From Macrostomum lignano (Eukaryota): 64,000 bases of DNA. The stretch spans positions 62,001 to 126,000 of the forward strand of contig NIVC01001731.1 of assembly GCA_002269645.1 (NCBI GenBank). The letters run 5' to 3'. Position numbers and translations under genes: made by a program. Shown here one piece after another: positions 27,801 to 40,251 of this stretch; within the stretch, counting starts at the first letter, position 1, and every line of letters begins with the position of its first letter. The notes beneath the pieces are model-generated. The model was not told the DNA's origin and searched no databases. It saw only the letters and a program-made list of their open reading frames with translations.

Positions 27801-30800
27801 ATTAATAAGGATCTCAGCATCAGATTAATGAGGACCTGAGCATCAGATTAATGAGAACCTGAGCATTAGATTAATGAGGATCTGAGCATTAGCCTAATGA
27901 GGATCTGAGCATCAGATTAATGAGGATCTGAGCATCAGATTAATGGGGATCTGAGCATCAGATTAATGAAGACCTGAGCAATAGCCTAATGAGGATCTGA
28001 GCATCAGATTAATGAAGACCTGAGCATTAGCCTAATGAGGATCTGAGCATCAGATTAATGGAGATTTAAGCATCAGATTAATGAGGATCTGAGCATCAGA
28101 TTAATGGAGATTTAAGCATCAGATTAATGAGGATCTGAGCATCAGATTAATGAGGATCTGAGCATCAGATTAATGGGGATCTAAGCATCAGATTAAAGGA
28201 GATTTAAGCATCAGATTATTGGGGATCTGAGCTTAAGATTAGTTTTATCTGAGATTGAGGTTAGTCGGACTCTGAGCTTGGGGTTAATAGGATCAGCAGA
28301 GCTACCCTCTCCATCTCCCAGGTGCTGATCGATCCGCACGAATACGTGGAAAGCCGGGTCCGGCCATTCCTAGAGGAGCGACTGGAGCACATCATCAGCG
28401 GCGCCGCCCTGCTGGCCGACAGCCCGTGCACCCGGCCGGACAGGCGCGATCGGATTGTCGGCCAGTGTCAGTCGGTGCGCCAGGCTCTGCAGGATCTGCT
28501 GTCCGAGCTTGGCCGAAGCGCCGGCCGGCCGGACAGATCGCAGGCTTTGAACGAATCCGTGCGCAGCTTGCTTAACGGCACCGACCGGCTGCGGCACGAG
28601 CTGCGGCAGGCCGTTGTGGATCACGTGTCCGACAACTATCTGGGCGTTGAAGGCCCGCTGGACATGATTCTCAGTGCTGCGCGCGAGGGCAAGGAGGCCC
28701 AGGTTAGTGGCTTGCGACAGACAGGCAGACAGACAGACAGACAGGCAGACAGACAGACAGACAGACAGACAGACAGGCAGACAGACATACAGACAGACAG
28801 ACAGAGACATATCCCATCTTCCATCTCCCATCTCATACCTACAGGTAGAAGCCCTGGCCATCTTGTTCCACGAGCACGTGACCAAGCTGACGGAGGTTGG
28901 CCAGCTCGCCTGCTCAATGAGCAGCGAGGACTCGGTGAAACTCGTCCGCAAAGCCGCCGGCCAGGTGGACCTGATCAGCGCCGAGGTGCTCAACGCCGCC
29001 CGGTCCCTGTCTTTCCGTCCGCAGTCGCGCGTTGCCCAAGAGAATCTCGAAGTGTTTGTCGGCGCCTGGCGCGACGCCATCGACCTGCTGACCCTGGCGG
29101 TTGACGAGATCACCAACATTGAAGACTTCCTGGCCGTGTCAGAGGGCCACATCTGGGAGGATGTGCAGATGTGTTTGCAAGCTGCCTCGGAGTCTAAGCC
29201 AGGTGAATACCGAAAATATGAGTCTTCTCTTATTGATTGTATTTTAATCAAAAGAGACGAGTTTTGAACAGCTTGGCTTGCAGTCTGAGGGAGGGAGAGT
29301 GGCAGAGCTTGGAATTGCGGGCGATCCGATTAATTTGACTTTTATCGTCTAAGGCCGAAAGCAGCTTGTTGAGGACTAACCCCAAAGGCACACAAAGAAT
29401 TGCCGTCAGCGCTAGTTTGTGGGACAATATCGCCGAAGTCGTTGCACCAGGGTGCCCGCAGCCTTCCTGCGAACGTTATCATTATGGATGAAGGAGTACT
29501 ATGGACTACTTATCTGCAATGTATGTGGCCACAATGATCCAAGATCTCAGAAGAGTATCTCTGAATGAATATCTATCATTCATGTGAATATCTACCTTTG
29601 TGGTAATGAGATTTTTTTAAGAAATTCATACTTTTAGTAGCGAAAATCCAAAGGTAATCCTAAAATACGAGATGCATGAACTGCATAAAGCAGTGCATGA
29701 ACTACAGACTTGACAGTAGTACATGACACAGCATAAGCCCGTTGAAAACGTTACCGTGACAAGAATTGCTATCAGATAGAGTCACTGTAAACAGCTCACT
29801 AGTGACTCTAGCGGCTCTGGAATCACTCTTGTGACTTTTTAACGGCTCAAACAACTGTTAAGTCACGAGTTGTAGACTCTTAAAATTCGTCCAAGAGTTG
29901 TTGATGTTAGCGCTTAACTTTCTACTGACTCAGTAGTCTAAATAGAGTTGTTAAAAAATGCGTAATTCAAATCTACTCTTTTGACGCAACTCAGTGATTC
30001 TACAGTAACGACTCAGATACGACTCTTCGGCGCCAGAGTCTTTATAGAAACGCCTCAGATGCGACTCTACGGCGCCAGAGTCATTATAGAAACGCCTCAG
30101 ATACGACTCTACGGCGCCAGAGTCATTATAGAAACGCCTCAGATGCGACTCTACGACGCCAGAGTCATTATAGAAACGCCTCAGATGCGACTCTACGGCG
30201 CCAGAGTCATTATAGAAACGCCTCAGATGCGACTCTACGGCGCCAGAGTCATTATAGAAACGCCTCAGATACAACTCTTCGGCGCCAGAGTCATTAAATA
30301 AACGCCTCAGATGCGACTCTACGGCGCCAAAGTAATTATAGAAACGCCTCAGATGTGACTCTTCGGCGCCAGAGTCATTAAATAAACGCCTCAGATGCGA
30401 CTCTACGGCGCCAAAGTAATTATAGAAACGCCTCAGATGTGACTCTACGGCGCCAGAGTCATTATAGAAACGCCTCAGATACAACTCTTCGGCGCCAGAG
30501 TCATTATAGAAACGCCTCAGATGCGACTCTACGGCGCCAGAGTCATTATAGAAACGCCTCAGATGCGACTCTACGGCGCCAGAGTCATTATAGAAACGCC
30601 TCAGATACGACTCTACGGCGCCAGAGTCATTATAGAAACGCCTCAGATGCGACTCTACGGCGCCAGAGTCTTTATAGAAACGCCTCAGATGCGACTCTAC
30701 GGCGCCAGAGTCATTATAGAAACGCCTCAGAGTTGCAAATTTTCAAAAGCCTCAAATTAACGCTTTTTAAACTTTTGGTGACCTGTACCGTGACATCTCG

Positions 30801-33800
30801 TCGTTAATTAGAGTCGTCTTATAGAGTCATTTCTTTCCTATTTACCTGTGTTACCTGAGATGACTATGGGGCTACGCAATTGACTCTGGGACGCTACTTG
30901 GTCTCGGTACCTTCTCAGAACCACATGATGAAGCATTAATGAATTACCTTTCGTCCGACTTCAGGCGAGGTGCACAAATCTGCTCACAGCATCCGCGGTC
31001 GAAGCGGTCGCGTATGCGACGTTGTTGTAGCCGAGATGGCCTCCTACGAGCCGGGGCCCTACGTTGACCGGGTGAACGAAGCGGTCACGGTGCTACGCGA
31101 TCGGGTCATTCCGCACTTTGCTGACACAACTGACAACTGCGTCAACTCGATGAGCAATCGCGGCGGCCGCTATAACGAAGCCGAATTGCGCGACGTTGCC
31201 AACCGGGTGTACGAGAGCGTGCGCGACGTTCGACGGGCTGTTGTGCACCGCGTTGACGAGTCGCAATTTCCCGGCAGCTACGGCAGCAGAGACAGGCTTG
31301 GTGGCATGTTTGACACCTTGCGACACGCCAGCACCGGCAGCGGGGCCGCTCAGGACCACGGACAGGTAAATATTGTTATATAACTTTTAAGTATACCATA
31401 GAAAAATTGCAGGACACCTTTGGTTAAGTAAGCTAGATGTACTTTTGATTTCTTAGACAGGATGCATCTAAAGTTTTAAGGGCAAGATGTACTTTTAGTT
31501 TCCTGGACAAGGTTCACTTTTGATTTCTTAGACAGGATGCATCTAAAGTTTTAAGGGCAAGATGTACTTTTAGTTTCCTGGACAAGGTTCACTTTTGATT
31601 TCTTAGACAGGATGCATCTAAAGTTTTAAAAACAAGATGAACTTTTAGTTACCTGGAAAAGGTGTACTTTTGATTTCTTAGACAGGATGCATCTAAAGTT
31701 TTAAAAACAAGATGAACTTTTAGTTACCTGGACAAGGTGTACTTTTGAGTTCTTAGACAGAATGCATCTAAAGTTTTAAGGACAAGATGTACTTTTAGTT
31801 ACCTGGACAGGGTATACTTTTAGTTTCCTGGACAAGGTGTACTTTTGAGTTCTTAGACAGAATGCATCTAAAGTTTTAAGGACAAGATGTACTTTTAGTT
31901 ACCTGGACAAGATGTACTTTTGATTTCTTAGACAGGATGCATCTTAGGTTTTAAGGACAATATGTACTTTTAGTTTCAAGGACAAGATGTACTTTTAGTT
32001 ACCTGGACAAGATGTACTTTTGGTTTCTAGGACACAATGCACTTTTAGTTTACAGGACAAACTGCAAGTTTATAGCACACAATGCGTTTTTTGGTTTCTG
32101 AAAAAGTTGTCATTGATGTTGTTATTGTAAGTTGTAATTGAAACAAAAGGTATACCTTGAGGTTTGTGGGACAGGGTGCATCAGATTTTTTTCAGAACAA
32201 GTTGTACCTTTGATTTTTTGGACGGCTTCCAGTTCATCTAAGTGATTTAAAGACATTTTTGTAGCTAATCAAGGGTTATAATAAAGGTTTCTATGAATCA
32301 GTGTTTCTTCAGACCCTGTACCGTAAAGCTTTTTCTTACAATGTCTCAAATAGCCTACTAACAGTAGGTTACCCGCGCATTCGAGTGGATTATTTTATCT
32401 TTCAAAGTATTATTATTCGCCCTTTTTATCGAAAAAAAGGACAACGAATTTGACTGGCAGTGCAGCTACTACCCGGATTATGATGTGAGCCTGGCTGATC
32501 GACGCTGGATTAACTCGTGTTTTAGAAATGTTTTTACTGCGTACATTTTCTATTAGTCAGATTTCATTGTTCACTACTCAGCGAGTGTGTGAAGTTAAGA
32601 GAAGAATGAATCTGACAGTTCATTAATGCGGACTTTTTGCTTATTTTGATTCGTTTTCAATTTGATCACATTACTTTCACAGATTTGCGCATGCATTTCA
32701 AACTGTACTCATGTGTAAGTGTATATGCTTCATCTGCTTGTGCTGAAGAAGAACATGCATATTAAATAGATTGGATAGAAGAATGACGGACAAGTAGCTC
32801 TTAAGAGAAAGGAAGAGAAAGTGTGAGATGCAAGAAACAGACAGACCAGGGATTTGGGAAGGTTTTGAAAATACATATCGTCATATCATCTTCATACATA
32901 TGTGAGGTATTGAGAGAGACAGGTGAGATCTGTCAGACACGGAGATTGAGCTGATTGACAGATGAGAGAGACAGGTGAGATCTGTGAGACACTGGATTGA
33001 CATGGTTGACAGATGAGAGAGACAGGTGAGATTTGAGACACGGAGATTGAACTGATTGACAGATAAGAGACAGGTGAGATCTGTGAGATACGGAGATTGA
33101 ACTGATTGACAGATGAGTGCTGTGAGACACTGAGATGGAGTTGATTGACAGGTGAGAGCTGTAAGACACAGAGATTGAGTTGATTGACGGGTTAGAGCTG
33201 TGAGACACAGAGATTGAGTTGATTGACGGGTTAGAGCAGTGAGACACAGAGATTGAGTTGATTGACAGGTGAGAGCTGTGAGACACAGAGATTGAGTTGA
33301 TTGACGGGTTAGAGCAGTGAGACACAGAGATTGAGTTGATTGACAGGTGAGAGCTGTGAGACACGGTGATGGAGTTGATTGACAGGTAAGCGCTGTGAGA
33401 CACAGAGATTGAGTTGATTGACAGGTGAGAGCTGTGAGACACGGAGATTGAGTTGATTGACAGGTAAGCGCTGTGAGACACGGAGATTGAGGTGATTGAC
33501 GGGTTAGAGCTGTGAGACACAGAGATTGAGTTGATTGGGAAATATTCGGAGCAGAGCATGTTGCCCACAATGAATTACCTGAGCGCCATCAATCAACCAT
33601 CACCGCGCAGGAGAATGTCATCGAAGAAGTTGATGACGAGAACAACCAGCGCCGCCTGATGGCTATGCTGCCAGCCCAGGAGCGCGAGCGGATTAGCGAA
33701 GAAATTAACCACTTTATTGAGGAGAGGCAGAAGCTGCTGCGCGAGACGGTGAAATGGGACGATTCGGCCAACGAGATTGTTGTCCTGGCCAAGCAGATGT

Positions 33801-34390
33801 GCCTCATCATGATGGAGATGACGGATTTCACTCGGGGTCGGGGACCTCTAAAAAGCACAATGGACGTGATTAAGGCGGCTAAACGAATCTCGGACTGCGG
33901 ACAGAAGCTGGACAAGCTGGCCAAAGCGGTGGCCGACGAGTGTCCGGATTCGAACACGAAGAACGATTTGCTGGCTTACCTACAGCGGATCACCCTGTAC
34001 TGCCACCAGCTGAACATCACCAGCAACGTGAAGGTGAACGTGCAGAGCGCCGCCGGTGGCGAACTGATTGTGTCTGGATTAGACAGCGCCACGTCGTTAA
34101 TCCAGGCTGCCAAGAATCTGATCATAGCCGTAGTGCTGGTTGTGAAGGCCAGCTATATTGCTAGCACTCAATACAAGCGCGGCCCCGGCCAGCGTGCCGT
34201 TGTTCAGTGGCGCATGCGGGCCCCTGGCAAGAAGCAGCTGTACTCGCCAGCTGTACAGGACGACTTCGGCGTGATCGGCGGCGGCCCGGAGGGCGGCCTG
34301 ATGAGGCACGGCTCGCACGGCCAGGACACGTCTCAGCCGTTGCGCGAGCTGGCCGACTTCGACCAGGGCCAGGATGAGACCTTCGCTTAG
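24806..34390 (+). CDS. CTNNA: Alpha-catenin, 7 exons, about 931 aa
   Basis: Exons 24806-25291, 25805-26014, 26499-26678, 28322-28702, 28845-29202, 30965-31365, and about 33611-34390 (acceptor of last exon uncertain). Hallmark segments LKWDPKNLEIRTKSVERTLEPLVTQVTTL, LLILADMVDV, DFLAVSEGHI, WDDSANEIVVLAKQMCLIMMEMTDFTRGRGPLK, YLQRITLYCHQLNI. Confidence 0.95.
25370..25740. repeat. Degenerate tandem repeat (TTGTTGAGGACCGGCGGCCCAAACTA core) in alpha-catenin intron 1
   Basis: The core recurs more than 10 times with variable spacing. Confidence 0.85.
26041..26432. repeat. 21-bp minisatellite in alpha-catenin intron 2 (TGGGATCTGATATTGATG(G/C)TA)
   Basis: Directly visible. Confidence 0.97.
26700..28240. 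repeat. Two adjacent 23-bp minisatellites in alpha-catenin intron 3
   Basis: GAGATTGGGGTTTATGGGGATCT (about 26700-27660), then GAGGATCTGAGCATCAGATTAAT (about 27760-28240). Confidence 0.95.
28717..28807. repeat. (CAGA)n microsatellite in alpha-catenin intron 4
   Basis: Directly visible. Confidence 0.95.
30005..30730. repeat. 42-bp minisatellite in alpha-catenin intron 5
   Basis: Unit GAAACGCCTCAGATGCGACTCTACGGCGCCAGAGTCATTATA. Confidence 0.97.
31430..32060. repeat. 75-bp higher-order repeat of three about 25-bp monomers in alpha-catenin intron 6
   Basis: ACTTTTGATT recurs at 31441 and 31516, with related monomers between. Confidence 0.88.
32915..33537. repeat. 39-bp minisatellite in alpha-catenin intron 6
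   Basis: Unit TGTGAGACACAGAGATTGAGTTGATTGACAGGTGAGAGC; longer variants at the left end. Confidence 0.93.
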
Positions 34391-34604
34391 TGTCGGCGTC
34401 CAGCTTTTTTAATCGAAACAACTGACTAACTGTTTGGTGAATCTTTTTCTAACAATGTTATTTATCTCGTATAAAAAACAGAATTGTTTTGTTACCGAAA
34501 TGTTTACCGTTTGAATGCTATGTTTTTTTATTGTTTTCATATCGATAATTGTACTACCTGGTTACTACGACGAGCGCGCCAGTTTGATTAGTGGTAGAGA
34601 TTCG

Positions 34605-35372
34605 CTTAGGTCAGGGGAAGGGGGTAGAAACCCGCTGTAGGACAGGTGAGGGGGTAGATACCCGATGCTGTAGGACAGGTGAGGGCGTAGATACCCGATG
34701 CTGTAGGACAGGTGAGGGGGTAGATACCCGATGCTGTAGGACAGGTGAGGGCGTAGATACCCGATGCTGTAGGGCAGGTGAGGGCGTAGATACCCGATTC
34801 TGTAGGACAGGTGAGGGCGTAGATACCCGATGCTGTAGGACAGGTGAGGGCGTAGATACCCAATGCTGTAGGACAGGTGAGGGGGTAGATACCCGCTATG
34901 GAAGGTCAGGAGAAGAGGGTAGAGACCCGCTGTAGAAGGACAGGGGAAGGGGGTAGAGACCCGCTGTAGAAGGACAGGGGAAGGGGGTAGAGACCCGCTG
35001 TAGAAGGACAGGGGAAGGGGTAGAGACCCGCTGTAGAAGGACAGGGGAAGGGGGTAGAGACCCGCTGTAGAAGGACAGGGGAAGGGGGTAGAGACCCGCT
35101 GTAGAAGGACAGGGGAAGGGGGTAGAGACCCGCTGTAGAAGGACAGGGGAAGGGGGTAGAGACCCGCTGTAGAAGGACAGGGGAAGGGGGTAGAGACCCG
35201 CTGTAGAAGGACAGGGGAAGGGGGTAGAGACCCGCTGTAGAAGGACAGGGGAAGGGGGTAGAGACCCGCTGTAGAAGGACAGGGGAAGGGGGTAGAGACC
35301 CGCTGTAGAAGGACAGGGGAAGGGGGTAGAGACCCGCTGTAGAAGGACAGGGGAAGGGGGTAGAGACCCGCT
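34605..35372. repeat. Adjacent 33-bp and 34-bp G-rich minisatellites downstream of alpha-catenin
   Basis: GTAGATACCCGATGCTGTAGGACAGGTGAGGGC, then GTAGAGACCCGCTGTAGAAGGACAGGGGAAGGGG. Confidence 0.96.
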
Positions 35373-35600
35373 AAATGACGATGGAACTGAAGCTCGCATA
35401 TTGCGTAAGTTAGAATTGTAAATCTATATTTATCACATATTTCGTAGTGTACACATCAAGCGCTAAAAAAAGTATTTTAGCAAATGATTTTTAAACAGTT
35501 TTATCGTGATTCTCGCTAATGGTTATTATTGATAAATATATTAATAAAGGCATAAAAAGCTTACTCACTACTTCTGCTTATCATATGCGTACTTTTAGTT

Positions 35601-36064
35601 AAACTAAATATTCATCAATTTTGTACAATTGGCTGTGTCCAAAAATTTTTTAACTTCATCTTTCGCGCACCAATTTCACTACAGTGCTTGCTATGAAACT
35701 TTTAATTACGCGTGGACCAATTTTTCTATTTATTTTTTAATTGGCTTCTATTTACCAGTAGAAGCCCCGTAAACTGCTAATACGAATGATACTGGCTGTG
35801 ATGATCTGTTATTCCAAGAAACAGTAGAACAGAAACAGTCCTGTTTCTTGGAATAACAGATCATCACAGCCAGTATCATTCGTATTAGCAGTTTACGGGG
35901 CTTCTACTGGTAAATAGAAGCCAATTAAAAAATAAATAGAAAAATTGGTCCACGCGTAATTAAAAGTTTCATAGCAAGCACTGTAGTGAAATTGGTGCGC
36001 GAAAGATGAAGTTAAAAAATTTTTGGACACAGCCAATTGTACAGGATTGATGAATATTTAGTTT
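35601..36064. repeat. Long inverted repeat: 224-bp arms, 16-bp spacer
   Basis: 35601-35824 is the reverse complement of 35841-36064 with 2 mismatches near the outer end; the inner 203 bp are perfect. Confidence 0.97.
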
Positions 36065-36529
36065 GAATATTTATAATATTATAAATATTATACTAAAAAC
36101 ATTTTCTTACTTACTATGTTAATATTAGTAGTGTATTTTAATACTTTGAATATTTATAATTATAGAAAAACCATCGCTAAATTAGTTACTGGGCTTGTTG
36201 TGTTTCATTGGCTCGTGACCATGATTTCAACAACTGCTAATGCTTGAGTATTTGAACAAAACAATGGAAAACATCCATACGGCAGCGCTGAATCGCGGTT
36301 TGGTTTCACTTCTTCTCTTCCTTAAAATTAAAAAATATATGTATTGGCTTTATATGCTGGTGCGTTAAAAAGCCCCATTACTTACTGCTTCTGGCTTTAT
36401 GTTTTTTATTCCAATTGTTAGTATTCCTTTGTTTGCGATAGCTGCTGTGGTGTATTGCAATCGTCATTTGATTTGACAGCATAGAGCGAAAAACATACAT
36501 GTATTTGCAGATTTTTCGTCGCGATCTCT

Positions 36530-37040
36530 CATCTATAGATGCTTTAGAGTGCACAGCTATCCCTTATCTTTAGATGCTTTAGAGTACACAGCTACCCTCA
36601 TCTATAGATGCTTTAGAGTGCACAGCTATCCCTTATTTTTAGATGCTTTAGAGTGCACAGCTATCCCTTATCTTTAGATGCTTTAGAGTACACAGCTACC
36701 CTCATCTATAGATGCTTTAGAGTGCACAGCTATCCCTTATTTTTAGATGCTTTAGAGTGCACAGCTATCCCTTATCTTTAGATGCTTTAGAGTGCACAGC
36801 CACACCTCATCTATAGATGCTTTAGAGTGCACAGCTACCCTCATCTTTAGATGCTTTAGAGTGCACAGCTACCCTCATCTTTAGATGCTTTAGAGTGCAC
36901 AGCTACCCTTGTCTATAGATGCTTTAGAGTGCACAGCTACCCTCATCTATAGATGCTTTAGAGTGCACAGCTATCCCTTATTTTTAGATTCTTTAGAGTG
37001 CACAGCCATCCCTTATCTTTAGATGCTTTAGAGTGCAAGC
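36530..37040. repeat. 34/35-bp minisatellite upstream of SLC9A8
   Basis: TAGATGCTTTAGAGTGCACAGCTATCCCTTATCTT and variants. Confidence 0.95.
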
Positions 37041-37526
37041 TGTATTCGACTCTCGACTGAGACCGCAGGTTTGATTGTGTGCTAGAAAAATGGCTATGGA
37101 GATTTAGCATGCGATTCGCGTCCATGAAGGGCCAACCCTCAAGGCGCAGAGAGTCTACACTGCGTGATTCTGAGATAGGTATGACTATTTTGCCTCCTAG
37201 CTTGCTGCTGGTTGACTGTCGTCTTGATGTTGGCCAGTTTCTAAAATTCTAAAGCTCCTGTTGACCGTGGTAAGACAGCTTAAACCCCATAAGTCTACAG
37301 AACCTCTACAGTTCAGCGTTGCTCCTTTGTTTTTAGGTTTGTTTAAATTAGCATTTTTTCGCTACAGAAATTTTTATTAGGTCTGGGTTCTCCTATTCAA
37401 AGCCATTTAAAAAGCAGATCAATTAATTGCATCTATTGAATGCAACGCTTTATTTTGTAGGCAACCAATTGATTAAAGACCAGCAGTCAGTTTTCCATCC
37501 ATATTCTATTCATCGTTTCGCGTGCT

Positions 37527-37615
37527 ATTTTGATTTATTAATTCTCAATTATGATTTTGATCTATTAATTCTCAATTATGATTTTGATTTATTAATTCTC
37601 AATTATGATTTTGAT
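37527..37615. repeat. 27-bp repeat, 3 copies
   Basis: GATTTTGATTTATTAATTCTCAATTAT. Confidence 0.85.
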
Positions 37616-37732
37616 TGCATGCATAAACAGTGACAAAATCAGGCGGACCCAGCAAATGCGTCGTCCTAATCGTCGCGTTGAAAAATAGTTGGGTCAATCG
37701 GCTGGTGCGAAATTAGTCAAATTAACCAAATC

Positions 37733-40163
37733 ATGGTCATGTCTACGCCATCCGTGAGCGCCGCTAATCAGTCGTTGCTAGGCAACGGTAGCGGCGTCGT
37801 ATCGCCCAGTCCGATTCCTCCGGGCGGCTCGGCAACCACAGCTTCGGTGAACTCAGCCTCAGAGATGGAGCACACAGTTTCAATGACGCTATTCTTTGTG
37901 CTAGCTGTGCTGGGTCTTTGTATTCTAGTGATTCACTTGCTGATTAAATTGAAGCTCACTTACCTGCCGGAGTCCATCGCTGTGGTGTTTGTTGGCGCAC
38001 TAATTGGCCTGTTATTGCAATTAATTGGCAACTGGCGCAAAGAGGAAGCATTCCCTCCTATGATTTTTTTCCTAGTGATTCTGCCGCCAATCATATTCGA
38101 GTCCGGCTACAATCTGCACAAAGGCAACTTCTTTCACAATATTGGCAGCATCCTATTGTTCGCCATATTGGGCACGGTAATCTCTGCAGCGGTAATTGGC
38201 GCCGGTGTTTACCTGGTAGGCGTTGCCGGCATCACTTATCAGCTCACTTTGGTGGAAAGCTTCGCATTTGGGTCGCTAATATCGGCCGTTGATCCAGTGG
38301 CAACGCTGGCCATCTTTCAGGCTATGAAAGTGGATCCCATACTATACATGTTGGTGTTTGGCGAGAGTATTCTTAATGATGCGGTCTCCATTGTGCTTAT
38401 GACTACCGTTATACAGGTGGGAATATAAACTGAGTCCTACTACTGTTTTTTAAACATTAAAAATTATCAACAAATTTAGTAGATAGACTAGCGCGATGTA
38501 CCCCCCGAGGGAGCACTCTGGTATACTGGGCAAGTAGATGGCTATACAGAATAGACGTTTCATTCTTTTGTCTTACAGTGAATCATCATTGAATTAAAAA
38601 CGCCTCCTAGTCTATGTTACTATGAAACAGATTGACCCAATGGGGTTATTAAATATTTAAGTTATACCTATAATATATTAAGTAATAATAGAGGGTTGTA
38701 GCCTAGTGGTTAGAGCGTCGGACTTACTACTAAAAGGTCGGTGATTGGATTCTTGAACCACTCGGAACAATTTGTGTCCTTGAGCAAGACATTTAACTTT
38801 GTATTGCTTCAGTTCACCCAGCTGTAAAATGGGTGCCAGAATTAGCTGGAGTAATTGAGGGTGTGTGACTGTCTAGGTTAATCTACAACCTAATTATTAG
38901 TTAATGATAGGTAGGTTATAGTTACTAAATAGGTATTATATGTCTCAACAAACAGGTGAAACCGGAAGACGGCGGACTTCACGCTCTTGGCTTAGCCGTG
39001 TTAAATTTCTTTAAAACATTCCTATGCTCTGCCGGCATTGGCACAGTGTTCGCCTTGGCCTCCGCACTGCTACTCAAATGGGTGGACTTGCGTAAGACTC
39101 CCTCGCTGGAGGTTGGCATCATGCTCATATTCAGCTACGCGCCCTACTGCCTGGCTGAGGGCTTGCACATGTCCGGCATCATGGCCATCTTGTTCGCTGG
39201 CATAGTCATGTCGCACTACACTCACAGGAATCTGTCTCCAGTCAGTCAGATCACTGTGCAGCACACGTTTCGCACAATGGCATTCCTAGCTGAGACACTG
39301 GTGTTCGCCTACTTGGGCTTAGCCATATTCAGCTTTAGTCATCTATTGCAGCCGTCATTGGTGATCTGGTGCATCGCTCTGTGCCTTCTCGGTCGCGCTT
39401 TTAACATCTTCCCGTTGAGCTTCTGTTTGAACTACTTTCGTCAGCACAAGATTACGCTGAAAAATCAATTGATTATGTGGTTCTCCGGTCTGCGCGGCGC
39501 TATCGCATTCGCTCTGGCTATTCATCTGGATGTGCGCGGCGAGACCAGGCAGATATTGGTCACAACCACTCTGGTCATTGTGCTCTTCACCATACTGGTG
39601 CTGGGCGGCAGCACCATGCCGCTGATGAAGTGCTTAGAGCGGCGTCCGGCCTGGATGCAGACTTATTATTATTATAACAATCCAGCAGCCGGTTCTTCCA
39701 GGTGGGTTAAAAATCTCTGATTATCTAATGACCTAATATAGGTCTGTCTAATTGAAGCTGCAAACAGTTCTTGTCTGAAAACGATGGAGATAGGTTCAAG
39801 AAGGTCACTTTCTTGCAGGAGAAAAGTTATTGTTTTCAGGTTTTTTAAAATGCAATCCAGTGTACAATCCATGAAAAGGTCATTCAGTGCAATTCGATTA
39901 AATGGCCAGCATGCAGGTGCACTTACGAGTTGCACAGAAGATAAGTTTATAAAAATGACACGATGATTTTCGTGAATCTCCCTGAATCTCCTTTCCCTGT
40001 GCCGAAATTTTAATTTTACTTTTCTAGCAGTGGCTCCACGTAGATATTGGCTGATTGCACGGATTGCTCCTCTCTCTATCCCCTCTCCTCTCTCCCTTCT
40101 CTACTCTCCTTCCCCTCTCTACTTTCTATCCCTCTCCGCTCTCTCCGCTCTCTCCTCTACTCC

Positions 40164-40251
<88 letters not shown>

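Noticed and set aside
32682-32713. Candidate alpha-catenin microexon (TTTCACAG...GTAAGT)
   Set aside because: The 32-nt length breaks the phase 0-to-0 frame, and the 30-nt alternative gives an implausible peptide with a weak donor.
38693-38765. tRNA gene
   Set aside because: The T arm/B box is degenerate, I could not form a proper acceptor stem, and it runs directly into a SINE-like body.
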